Virus record (IMG/VR): IMGVR_UViG_3300035696_000004
Location: 1 to 64,000 of that record
DNA from: a virus
Lineage: Duplodnaviria; Caudoviricetes
Length of the DNA: 64,000 bases
Strand: one strand, 5' to 3'
In this document: positions 55,014-63,256 of the stretch, piece after piece
How positions within the stretch are numbered: the first letter of the stretch is position 1
Layout of the letters: each line of letters starts with the position of its first letter
Position numbers and translations under genes: made by a program
The notes under the pieces: model-generated
Told to the model about the DNA's origin: nothing
The model's database searches: none
What the model saw: the letters and a program-made list of their open reading frames with translations, nothing else

Positions 55014-57257
55014 TTACACCGTGGTTTCTGCGGCAGCACCGGACGGTACAGCAACAGTCGCCACTTCCAGGGCAACCTTCGAAGCCACCACGTCCTGGAT
55101 ACCCTTCACGTTCAGCACGCCCATGATCGGGGTGTTGACAACGTGACGGAACGACGGTTGTACCGTCAGTTCCTTCGAGGTCTGACCGCCACGGGCGATC
55201 GGCAGTACGGTAGCGACTTCCGGCTTCCAGGCCATGTTACCGAAGTGCAGCGGGTTCGGTACACCATCCTTTTCACCGAATTCACCGAACGCGAAGATGA
55301 TCTTGCCGATCATGTTCTTGTTCATGGTGGACACGATCTTCACATCGAATTCCGGCCCGAACAGGCGGGTATCACCCATGATCTGGAGATACTTGGCCAG
55401 TACGATGTCGGTACCGATGATCACGGTCGGGTTCTTGTCGACACCGCCGTTGATGGCGGTAGCGGCAGCCTTGTAACCGGAGTCACGATAGGCACGATAC
55501 ACCATGTCGCGCAGCTGGTTGATGAAGAGTGCGTGCAGGTCGGAGATGCGATCGGCAGTGGTCAGCGAGTCGAGTTTCATCGACACGTCGAACGGCAGTT
55601 CTTCGAAGAACGGAGTCAGCACGAAACGGCTGATACCCAGCATTTCCGAATCTTCGGTGACCGGCAGGCCGGAGTTCGAAGAGATGTATTCAGCCAGGAC
55701 ATCACGGGTTTCCAGCAGCTTGGCCACGGCCGCATTCGAGGTACGAATGTGGGTGGTGGTGATCAGCGCCGCCAGATCCAGTGCATCGTTTTGGTCACCG
55801 ACGGTCACCGGACGAGCGATGGTGATCGGAGCGAGCAGCGGCACTTGGTAGATCATCTTGAAGTTGGTCAGGTCCAGACGTTGACCGATTTCACGACGGT
55901 TGCTGTTGACGCGACGAGCTTCCACGTCCCAACCGAAGGCATTGCCCGATGCGAACAGGTTCGCAAAGGCCAGGCCTTGGCCGGTGGTCAGATCCATGAC
56001 GTTGCCGTCAGCATCCTTGATTTCGTACGCGCTCACCTTGCCAGCCGACGTGGTGCAGTCGGCGATTTCGAGGTTCAGGTCACCCGTCACCATCACCGCC
56101 AGACGAGCCGAATAGCCGCCAGCAACGAACTGAGCCAGGAGCTTGGAAGCCGAACCATCGATCAGGGTGGTATTCGAGTTCACCGGCAGAGCCTGGGTGT
56201 TGAAGTTCATCACCATACGGCGATAGTTGGCTTGCGGGGCGTACGTGAAGGTAGCACCGGTCATTTGGGCGACGCTCTTGAACTTCACGACTTCGGTCAC
56301 GGCGGCGCCGGTGCTGTCGGTACCGGTGAAGCTCATGTACAGCGCGCTCATGTTGACAGCGGAGTCCAGAGCATCCAGCGGGCCGAGCAGGCCGTTGGCG
56401 ATCAGGGCCGGGGTTTGCGACAGACCCAGCAGGTTCAGCGAGACGCCGATGGCCAGCGGGGCAGTCGAAACGGTTTCGCCTTCTTCGGTGACGATGTTCT
56501 TCGGAGCAACCAGGCTCGGAGATACGAACTTGTTGGCGGACGAATCCTGATACACCGGAACGAGACGGGTGGTGTCGTTCTTCAGGATATCGGGATCGAT
56601 CAGCGCAAACACGACGTTCTTCTTGCGGAAGTTCCGTTCGATGTCGCCGGAGATGTCGCGCTTGAAGTCGTCGTAGACTTGGACCAGGTTCATGGACACG
56701 GTGTAGCCGACTTGGTCGGGGGTCACGGTCACGGTCGGGAAGAAGGCTTCACCGAACTCGTCCTGGCGAGCAGCTTGCATGTTGTACGCGGTGGTGTAGA
56801 CCACGGCGTCTTTGTTGGCACGTTCGTCGTAGGCTTCGAGAGCCGGACGGATACGACGTTCCAGGCCGCCGGAAGCGGGCATCACGGACGCGGATTCCAT
56901 GGCCGGCAGCGCGCGTTGCAGCGGCGAAGCCAGGAAGCCTTGCATGTCGGCGGAAATCAGGGCACCGGTACGAGCCGCTTCTTTTTGAGCAGCGGTCAGC
57001 TTCAGGCCGCGAATGGAGGCGTCGTCGCCACCGAAGTTGTTGACCAGGTTTTCCAGAGCGGTGTTGAAACCATTGATTTCGGTTTCGAGTTCATGCAGAT
57101 CCGGTTCGCTGAGGCTCTCGAACGAAACGGACAGCACTTTGTTTGCGGTCTTTTGCGAAACGAAAGAACCACCTTGGCCGTTCATCGCATCACGGAGGTT
57201 GCGAACCAGGGCGCCCAGGCTGCGGCCGTTTTTGGGTTTTTCCTTGAAAATGCTCAT
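55014..57257 (-). CDS. Major capsid protein (phiKZ gp120-like)
   Basis: 747 aa. PALEAYDE cleavage-type site, YNMQAARQDEFGEAFFPTVTVTPDQ, NSNRREIG, IIGTD, PLHFG, QPSFRHVVNTPI; strongest codon bias in the window. Confidence 0.92.
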   Translation of the reverse strand: MSIFKEKPKNGRSLGALVRNLRDAMNGQGGSFVSQKTANKVLSVSFESLSEPDLHELETEINGFNTALENLVNNFGGDDASIRGLKLTAAQKEAARTGALISADMQGFLASPLQRALPAMESASVMPASGGLERRIRPALEAYDERANKDAVVYTTAYNMQAARQDEFGEAFFPTVTVTPDQVGYTVSMNLVQVYDDFKRDISGDIERNFRKKNVVFALIDPDILKNDTTRLVPVYQDSSANKFVSPSLVAPKNIVTEEGETVSTAPLAIGVSLNLLGLSQTPALIANGLLGPLDALDSAVNMSALYMSFTGTDSTGAAVTEVVKFKSVAQMTGATFTYAPQANYRRMVMNFNTQALPVNSNTTLIDGSASKLLAQFVAGGYSARLAVMVTGDLNLEIADCTTSAGKVSAYEIKDADGNVMDLTTGQGLAFANLFASGNAFGWDVEARRVNSNRREIGQRLDLTNFKMIYQVPLLAPITIARPVTVGDQNDALDLAALITTTHIRTSNAAVAKLLETRDVLAEYISSNSGLPVTEDSEMLGISRFVLTPFFEELPFDVSMKLDSLTTADRISDLHALFINQLRDMVYRAYRDSGYKAAATAINGGVDKNPTVIIGTDIVLAKYLQIMGDTRLFGPEFDVKIVSTMNKNMIGKIIFAFGEFGEKDGVPNPLHFGNMAWKPEVATVLPIARGGQTSKELTVQPSFRHVVNTPIMGVLNVKGIQDVVASKVALEVATVAVPSGAAAETTV

Positions 57258-57321
57258 TGCTGTCTTCCTTGCACAGTTGAAGGGATGCTTTTGGGGGCTT
57301 CAAAAACAACTACATCCGGCT

Positions 57322-57912
57322 TTAATTCAAGAGTCGGAGGTAGAGGTCAAACCATTTCGTCTTCGCAACCTCATTGTAAGGGCGATACATAGTAAGTAGC
57401 AGCAGTATCTTCCTCATGAGCGCCAGACGACGTTCCGAAATAGGCAGAGCTCCGGTGTCGCCAGGGTTGATTGAGAAGAACGAAGGATAAAGAACAAACA
57501 TGCCAAATTCACGACATGCGTCATAATCAATAAACAAGGCTCCGGGCACGTCCTCACGACTTTGGTAGGCCGTGTTGTAACCGTTGCCCTGGAACAGACG
57601 AGCATTGAACTCGTTGTCGACGTCTTCGGAGCGAGCCAAGAGTTCATCGATCTCGTTGAGTACGACCATCTCACCGATACGTTCAGCACCTGTCCGCCAT
57701 GCGCAGTACAGAGTGTCTTCAAAGACGTCGTCGCACTTGACGCCTATAATATCCGTGATTTTCCGCTGGAGCCTGAGAAAGCAGGCCATATCGAATTTCG
57801 ACAGGCACCGTCTGGCTTTCTCATAATCGAGTAAATCCTCGCACGAAAGCTTGCTTCGTTTGCGGGCTTCATCGACCCAGGGCGGTATAAAAAGGATCAA
57901 TTTATCTGCCAT
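57322..57912 (-). CDS. Conserved hypothetical protein (phiKZ gp119-like position)
   Basis: 196 aa between MCP and DnaB; GAGG RBS. Confidence 0.65.
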   Translation of the reverse strand: MADKLILFIPPWVDEARKRSKLSCEDLLDYEKARRCLSKFDMACFLRLQRKITDIIGVKCDDVFEDTLYCAWRTGAERIGEMVVLNEIDELLARSEDVDNEFNARLFQGNGYNTAYQSREDVPGALFIDYDACREFGMFVLYPSFFSINPGDTGALPISERRLALMRKILLLLTMYRPYNEVAKTKWFDLYLRLLN

Positions 57913-58112
57913 CGGGTGGTTACCTCAAATAGTAGAAATATTTTTTATCTACCACTGCCATTATGTATGAACCGAGCTAAAATCGCATACCTTCCGATAC
58001 CCTGGCACTGGACCGTGTTGTCATAGTAATATTGCCTAGGGATCCCTTCTATAGAGTGGTTTGATACCTCAATCAAACTCAAGATCAACGCACCTCTTCG
58101 ACGACAATAAAA

Positions 58113-59669
58113 ATGAATTCGAAATTACTCCTTGTCAAAAGCATCACTCTCTTGTACAGAGAGTCACAGCTGACCACGAAGAATGATCGCTCTGTGGGTC
58201 TCGTCCGAGAAGTCACTCGGAAGATCAAAGCACCCGAGATCAACCTAGGCCTCGATCCAGAAGCTGAAACCATAGAAGGCTTGAAGCAAACCGTACTCGC
58301 TATGTGCGAAGATGGTGACGAAACAGAATACGAGATTACCGAGCTCCTCCAGCGAGTGAAGGTCGCCGCAGGTGAGGATGCTACGCTCTACGATGCTATT
58401 AAAGATGGTCTCACAGCTAATCTGGAAGAGCAAGGGATCAAGAAAGCCTGTATCAGTCTGCGTCGTGCTATTCAAAAGCACTTTCGAGACGAGGCCGTCA
58501 AAGAAATCATCGGCAAAGCCAGCGTCAAGCTGAAATTCAATCCGGATGATATTCCGGACATGAAAGACTTTGTTCAAGAGCTCTGCACGCAACTGGAACC
58601 GTTTCAAGGTGATGTGACGGGAGCGAATGATCCGGCCATCATTTCGGAAGTCGACTTCGATAACGATGATTCGATCGCTGAGATTTTCAGTGTCATCCGA
58701 AAAGATGAAGATGGCACAGGGATCATGCGCACCGGATGGCAAGCACTCAATCGAATGATCCGTGGGGGATTTCGTCGAGGAGAGTGCGCCGTCGTCTCAG
58801 CGTTGCAACACAACTTCAAAACAGGGATGATGATCAGCCTCTTCCGGCAGTTTGCGCTGTATAACAAACCGGAGATGCTGGATCCGACCAAGAAACCCAT
58901 GTTGCTGTTCTTCTCCTTCGAGAACGAAATCAGCACAAACACGCACCTCCTTTATAAGTACATGAAGGAGAACGAGACAGGTGTCGAAGTCACACCTCAA
59001 GAGATCGAGCAGATGTCGGATGCCGAGATGGCAGCCTATACGCGTGAACGTATGGCAGTCAACGGCTACCACAGTCGCATGATCCGGATCAACCCAAGTC
59101 TGTGGACCTATAACGATGTCTTTAATAAGATCATCGAAATTGAGTCCGAGGGCTACGAGATCCATGTCTTGATCCTTGACTACCTCGCCATGCTCCCAAC
59201 GACCGGATGTCGAACAGGGACGATTGGTGAGGACATTCGTGATCTCTTCCGACGCTGCCGTAACTTCTGCTCAGCACGAAAGATTTGCATGATCACCCCG
59301 CATCAAATTTCGACGGATGCCAAGCAGTTGGTCCGCGATGGTGTCAACGAGTTTGTGAAACAGATTGCCAACAAGGGATATTACGACGGTTGCCGTCGTC
59401 TTGACCAAGAAGTCGATCTGGAAATCTACATGCATATCGAGATTGTCAATGACCTGTCTTTCTTGACCTTGCAGCGTGGTAAGCATCGTACCGTCGTGGG
59501 ACAGACACCTCGTGAACACCTCTATACGGTCTTGCCATTCGAAAAGGTGGCGGCGATACCGGATGATGTCGATAAACACGACAGAAGTCGAAGGAAGCCT
59601 GGAGCAGGACCGCGTGGTGCGGCAAATGAACAGCCGGTCTGGATGACCGATATGGAAATGGCTGCATAA
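58113..59669 (+). CDS. dnaB: DnaB-like replicative helicase (phiKZ gp118-like)
   Basis: MRTGWQALNRMIRGGFRRGE, Walker A-like ALQHNFKT, FSFEN, LILDYL, TPHQIS, LDQEVD, QRGKHR. Confidence 0.9.
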   Translation: MNSKLLLVKSITLLYRESQLTTKNDRSVGLVREVTRKIKAPEINLGLDPEAETIEGLKQTVLAMCEDGDETEYEITELLQRVKVAAGEDATLYDAIKDGLTANLEEQGIKKACISLRRAIQKHFRDEAVKEIIGKASVKLKFNPDDIPDMKDFVQELCTQLEPFQGDVTGANDPAIISEVDFDNDDSIAEIFSVIRKDEDGTGIMRTGWQALNRMIRGGFRRGECAVVSALQHNFKTGMMISLFRQFALYNKPEMLDPTKKPMLLFFSFENEISTNTHLLYKYMKENETGVEVTPQEIEQMSDAEMAAYTRERMAVNGYHSRMIRINPSLWTYNDVFNKIIEIESEGYEIHVLILDYLAMLPTTGCRTGTIGEDIRDLFRRCRNFCSARKICMITPHQISTDAKQLVRDGVNEFVKQIANKGYYDGCRRLDQEVDLEIYMHIEIVNDLSFLTLQRGKHRTVVGQTPREHLYTVLPFEKVAAIPDDVDKHDRSRRKPGAGPRGAANEQPVWMTDMEMAA

Positions 59670-59676
59670 AGCAGCC

Positions 59677-59712
59677 GGCAGGGACGGGCATTCCGTCCCT
59701 GCCCCCTATGAC
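59677..59712 (+). terminator. Hairpin, TATG family
   Basis: ggcagggacgg-gcatt-ccgtccctgcc followed by ccctatgac after the dnaB stop. Confidence 0.65.
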
Positions 59713-59726
59713 ACGGAGAATAAAAA

Positions 59727-61010
59727 ATGGTACAATTTTGCGATACGAACATGATTCCACCCAACCCGAAAATAGCCGTTGTTCTGTTGGGCGTTCGGAA
59801 ACTCAATATCTGGGACGCAGTATTACGACCGAAGCTCATCGAGGACATCAGGATTCTCTTTGAAGAAAAGGTGGTCATAGTTTCTGGATTAACACCCGGA
59901 GGTATTGAACCCGATTCGGATGCGGCGATCGTAAAACCGAAGGTGGTCGTCGGTTTCAGCAAAGACTACAGCCCAGTGGAGACGATCCAGTGGATGGAAT
60001 CGATGAAAGACGGTCTCCGATACGACATCTTGTTCATTGAAACGAATGATACGTATTCGGACGTCGGTCGAGTATGGTTTTGTTCGGACATTAGTTTCCA
60101 AAGCGTATCAACAATACCTGAGTTCGAGAAGCCAGCAAGAACCCTGAAGTTCAGTTCTAACAACCTGAGTAAGGCGCCGCCTCGTAAGTTTGTTGAAACA
60201 CTTCTGCGTAAGTTCAAAAACAAACAGTCTGGCGAAAAAGAGACCGAAGATTCGATCGGTATTCCCGGTATCCCGTATCACATCGATGAAGGTCATGTAT
60301 TTGGTCCGGTTCGGTCCATCATGAAGTTTGTCGACATCATGGACGCGATCAAACTCACTTCCCGCGATATCTCCATCAGAGCCACTCCAACCGAGGCGCC
60401 TCCGGCTGAAGTTAGTGCCGCTGTCAGAAAAATCAAAATGGATTTTGAAGACACGGTCAAAAATGCACCGTATGTTCCTTCCCAACTGAACGTCTTGGTT
60501 CTGGATGTACATGAACCGGTAGGAGAGGGTGACAGAGATCTTGAGGAACACGAGAACTTCAAGCAAGCATTCAAAGCCGTGGTTGAAACGCAAGCGATCA
60601 AGATTACGGGGTTCAATACGCATTACGAACCCAGTCCGGGGAACCCCGAATATCTTGACAATATGGCGGAACCTTCGTTTACGTTCTGCGAATCCTTCGG
60701 AAAGCCCATTACGCGCATGACAACGCGGATGGCAAACTTCTCCAAAGACCTCTCGTACGACATGATCATCTTTGAACTGGACGTCACAAAGACGATCGTC
60801 CAAGACGCTTGGTTGTGTCGTGGGATGACGCTCAGGAAAGTGGATGGGTTCACCGCTGAACGTGATCTGGAACGTGGTGTTTCGAAAGGCAACAAAACAC
60901 CGTGGGTGCGCATTACATTCAAACCCGTCAGGACCGAACGAGGAGAGTACGCTAACGACGTGGCCCAAAAAGAATTCAATGCGCAGATCACGGAGAAAGC
61001 ACCGGATTAG
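59727..61010 (+). CDS. Hypothetical protein with two tandem tail-tube-like domains
   Basis: 427 aa, GGAG RBS. Internal repeat YDILFIETND...RVWFCSDI / YDMIIFELDV...DAWLCRGM resembles phiKZ-family tail tube motifs. Confidence 0.5.
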   Translation: MVQFCDTNMIPPNPKIAVVLLGVRKLNIWDAVLRPKLIEDIRILFEEKVVIVSGLTPGGIEPDSDAAIVKPKVVVGFSKDYSPVETIQWMESMKDGLRYDILFIETNDTYSDVGRVWFCSDISFQSVSTIPEFEKPARTLKFSSNNLSKAPPRKFVETLLRKFKNKQSGEKETEDSIGIPGIPYHIDEGHVFGPVRSIMKFVDIMDAIKLTSRDISIRATPTEAPPAEVSAAVRKIKMDFEDTVKNAPYVPSQLNVLVLDVHEPVGEGDRDLEEHENFKQAFKAVVETQAIKITGFNTHYEPSPGNPEYLDNMAEPSFTFCESFGKPITRMTTRMANFSKDLSYDMIIFELDVTKTIVQDAWLCRGMTLRKVDGFTAERDLERGVSKGNKTPWVRITFKPVRTERGEYANDVAQKEFNAQITEKAPD

Positions 61011-61030
61011 ATCTCAAGATCTTTTTTAAG

Positions 61031-61063
61031 AAAGAGGGCGCCTTCGGGCCCCTCTTTTTATGC
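61031..61063 (+). terminator. Terminator hairpin with U-tract and TATG
   Basis: aaagaggg...ttcg...ccctcttt followed by ttatgc. Confidence 0.65.
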
Positions 61064-61073
61064 TTGCAGATCT

Positions 61074-61085
61074 CAATTTTATGAT
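61074..61085 (+). promoter_or_regulatory. Candidate late promoter containing TATG
   Basis: CAATTTTATGAT upstream of the head-protein operon; identical to 25751-25762. Confidence 0.4.
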
Positions 61086-61109
61086 CATTGATAACTAGAG
61101 GTTCCCCCC

Positions 61110-61853
61110 ATGTCTGCCGTAGACACTTTGAAGGAGCATTCTCGTTCCTATTCCGAATTAGTACGACGCAATATCCAGTTTGTTACTCCGGCAGATGTCC
61201 CTGATGGACGCCTCTACCATATTTCGACCAATACGGACATCAAGAGCTTTGTCCCGTTAATCGGTCGTAGACAGATGCTGAAGGAAGATAGGACTGTCCC
61301 TCGGATTTGTACCGCAGCAACGCTCCTAGGGTGCTTTATAGGCTACACAAAGGCACTCTCGTCTGACTTTCGCATCCCTTCCACGGGTAAGGAAGAAAAC
61401 GAGTTCTATAAAGGAGGCTGGAAGATCTACGGTTTTCCTTTTGAAGCCGGTATTCGTCCGAAGGAAGCACTGCTCCCCGATGGAGACGAAAGCGATGAGC
61501 ACTGGCTCGTCTCTTACGATCAAGCGACTGCCGAATATGAACCGGTCGTGATCGGTAAAATGTTCATTCGAGAAATTCGAATGGTGGCCACGTCCGGGAA
61601 ACGTCCAAAGACCGATATCCAGCTGTACCTCGAGAACATGAGTGATGCCCCGGTCTCTTTTTCGAAACGTCTCGTATTAGAACCTGGCTACCACTGCGTC
61701 ACTGGTCCTGGTTTTAATGAGGTCAGTCATTGGGCCGATGATGCCGAGTACCAAGATAGCATCATCAGTAAAACCGAATACACGGAAGCAAAACTCCATT
61801 GTGCCAACCTCCTGGGTCTAGAAGATCAGATGCCAGGCTTCTTCAAATGGTGA
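61110..61853 (+). CDS. Putative virion head protein
   Basis: 247 aa; LYHIST..IKSFVP.I..RQ...EDRTVPRIC..TLLGC; C-terminal GLE; first gene of the ALE-motif operon. Confidence 0.6.
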   Translation: MSAVDTLKEHSRSYSELVRRNIQFVTPADVPDGRLYHISTNTDIKSFVPLIGRRQMLKEDRTVPRICTAATLLGCFIGYTKALSSDFRIPSTGKEENEFYKGGWKIYGFPFEAGIRPKEALLPDGDESDEHWLVSYDQATAEYEPVVIGKMFIREIRMVATSGKRPKTDIQLYLENMSDAPVSFSKRLVLEPGYHCVTGPGFNEVSHWADDAEYQDSIISKTEYTEAKLHCANLLGLEDQMPGFFKW

Positions 61854-63256
61854 CAGAAATGAATGGCGATCCTCACACCAAGGTCATACCGCCTTCCATG
61901 GCGTTTGTTTACTACCTCCCGGTAGAAGATGAAGAGAAAAAGCACAACACTTACATCCTCAAAGGGTTGAATGACGGGCATACGTTGCTCAATGATCTTC
62001 ACCAAGCCCTTGAGAACTTGGGATCGTTGTCGAATGCGATCAAACAAGAAGGTCGACTGACGACGGAACTCGCGCTGGAATCGGAGTTGGTCCTGGGAAG
62101 CAACTCGCTTCTTTCGTCGCACTTTGCAGCGGGTACGCAAAGCGAAAAGTACAAGGCAGCCCTGGAGTCCATCAACGGCGGGATCGCCGCAGGATTGGTG
62201 GCTATCTTTGCTGCAATGGCTGCTCTGATCGTGAAAATGATCAAGTGGTTACGTCACCGACACAGCAGCTCGGAATTTCAAGGTTCGACCGAACAGATCA
62301 AGCACGTCGAAGATATTCTGGGATCTCAGGAATTACAGAAAGCTATCCCGGCGTCGATCGATAAACTGGTCGAAGAAGGTATCAATGGTGGCGGGATTGG
62401 GACGGAAGATTTCCGGATGGTGCCGGATGACCAACTCAAGACGATCTACCAAGGCTACATCGAATCCTTGTCTGATCCGGAAGTCGACTTCTTGACATCC
62501 GGTCACCGTTATACTGCCATCAAGGAAGCGATTGGTGAGTTCTCTGCCGGCCACTTCCCGGAATACGTGAAAGGTGTCGATACGGACATCACGAAATGGA
62601 TGTTGGAGGTCTTTCAAAAGACCCGAAACGTCGGTCGGGATGAAGACATCGTGGAGGAATTTGTTCAGGAGCAGAAATCTGAACTGGGTGAACTGAAGTC
62701 GAAGTATCGGCGTCACGAAGAAACGATCGAGAAGCTGAGCAAGAAATACGTCAACTTCCCGCCATCTCGAAACACGAGCTCGTTGCAGCGGTTCCTTGTG
62801 AAACCCAGCACCCTATTCCCGGAGCTGGAGAACCTCTGGAAGGCGATGCGGTTCGAACAGGTGAGTCAGGATGACCGGAAACTCCTCGCGACGCTGGAGG
62901 ACTTCCAACGCCGCATTGAACGGGATATCACGCACTTCAAGAATCGGCGTGATAGCGGTGAGACGACGTGGCCTGCCGAGATTGCAGCATTGAATCTGGC
63001 CAAGAGCGTGCATGAAGAAATCTTGGAATCGGTGGTAGGTCTTGTAAAGATCGCTGCTTTCATTCAAGACTCTTCGATTCTGGCGTACCATGCTACAAAG
63101 AAATCATTCGGATACATCATCCGAATCCTCTCGATTATCGTCAAGAACCCCAAAGTGGATCGCGACGAAATCAAAACCTGCCTCGACAAAATCCAAAAGA
63201 AGCGCAAGGAGCTCATGGATGTCTTAGGCGTAGACGAAGAAGGAGTGCAACAATGA
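61847..63256 (+). CDS. Internal head/ejection protein, phiKZ paralog-family type
   Basis: Likely start 61847, overlapping the previous stop. QALEN, LALES and AALES sites followed by amphipathic GGIAAGLVAIFAAMAALIVKMIKWL. Confidence 0.7.
   Translation: MVTEMNGDPHTKVIPPSMAFVYYLPVEDEEKKHNTYILKGLNDGHTLLNDLHQALENLGSLSNAIKQEGRLTTELALESELVLGSNSLLSSHFAAGTQSEKYKAALESINGGIAAGLVAIFAAMAALIVKMIKWLRHRHSSSEFQGSTEQIKHVEDILGSQELQKAIPASIDKLVEEGINGGGIGTEDFRMVPDDQLKTIYQGYIESLSDPEVDFLTSGHRYTAIKEAIGEFSAGHFPEYVKGVDTDITKWMLEVFQKTRNVGRDEDIVEEFVQEQKSELGELKSKYRRHEETIEKLSKKYVNFPPSRNTSSLQRFLVKPSTLFPELENLWKAMRFEQVSQDDRKLLATLEDFQRRIERDITHFKNRRDSGETTWPAEIAALNLAKSVHEEILESVVGLVKIAAFIQDSSILAYHATKKSFGYIIRILSIIVKNPKVDRDEIKTCLDKIQKKRKELMDVLGVDEEGVQQ

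Noticed and set aside
55143-57392. 749-aa plus-strand ORF opposite the capsid gene
   Set aside because: Shadow frame produced by MCP codon bias; no RBS or recognisable protein features.
57913-58112. 200-bp divergent intergenic region before dnaB, considered as a replication origin
   Set aside because: No iterons or DnaA boxes; only short AT-rich and weak hairpin elements, consistent with divergent promoters.
13302-61063. Hairpin family read as CRISPR repeats or REP/IS elements
   Set aside because: Copies are single, dispersed and differ in stem sequence; no spacers or transposase.
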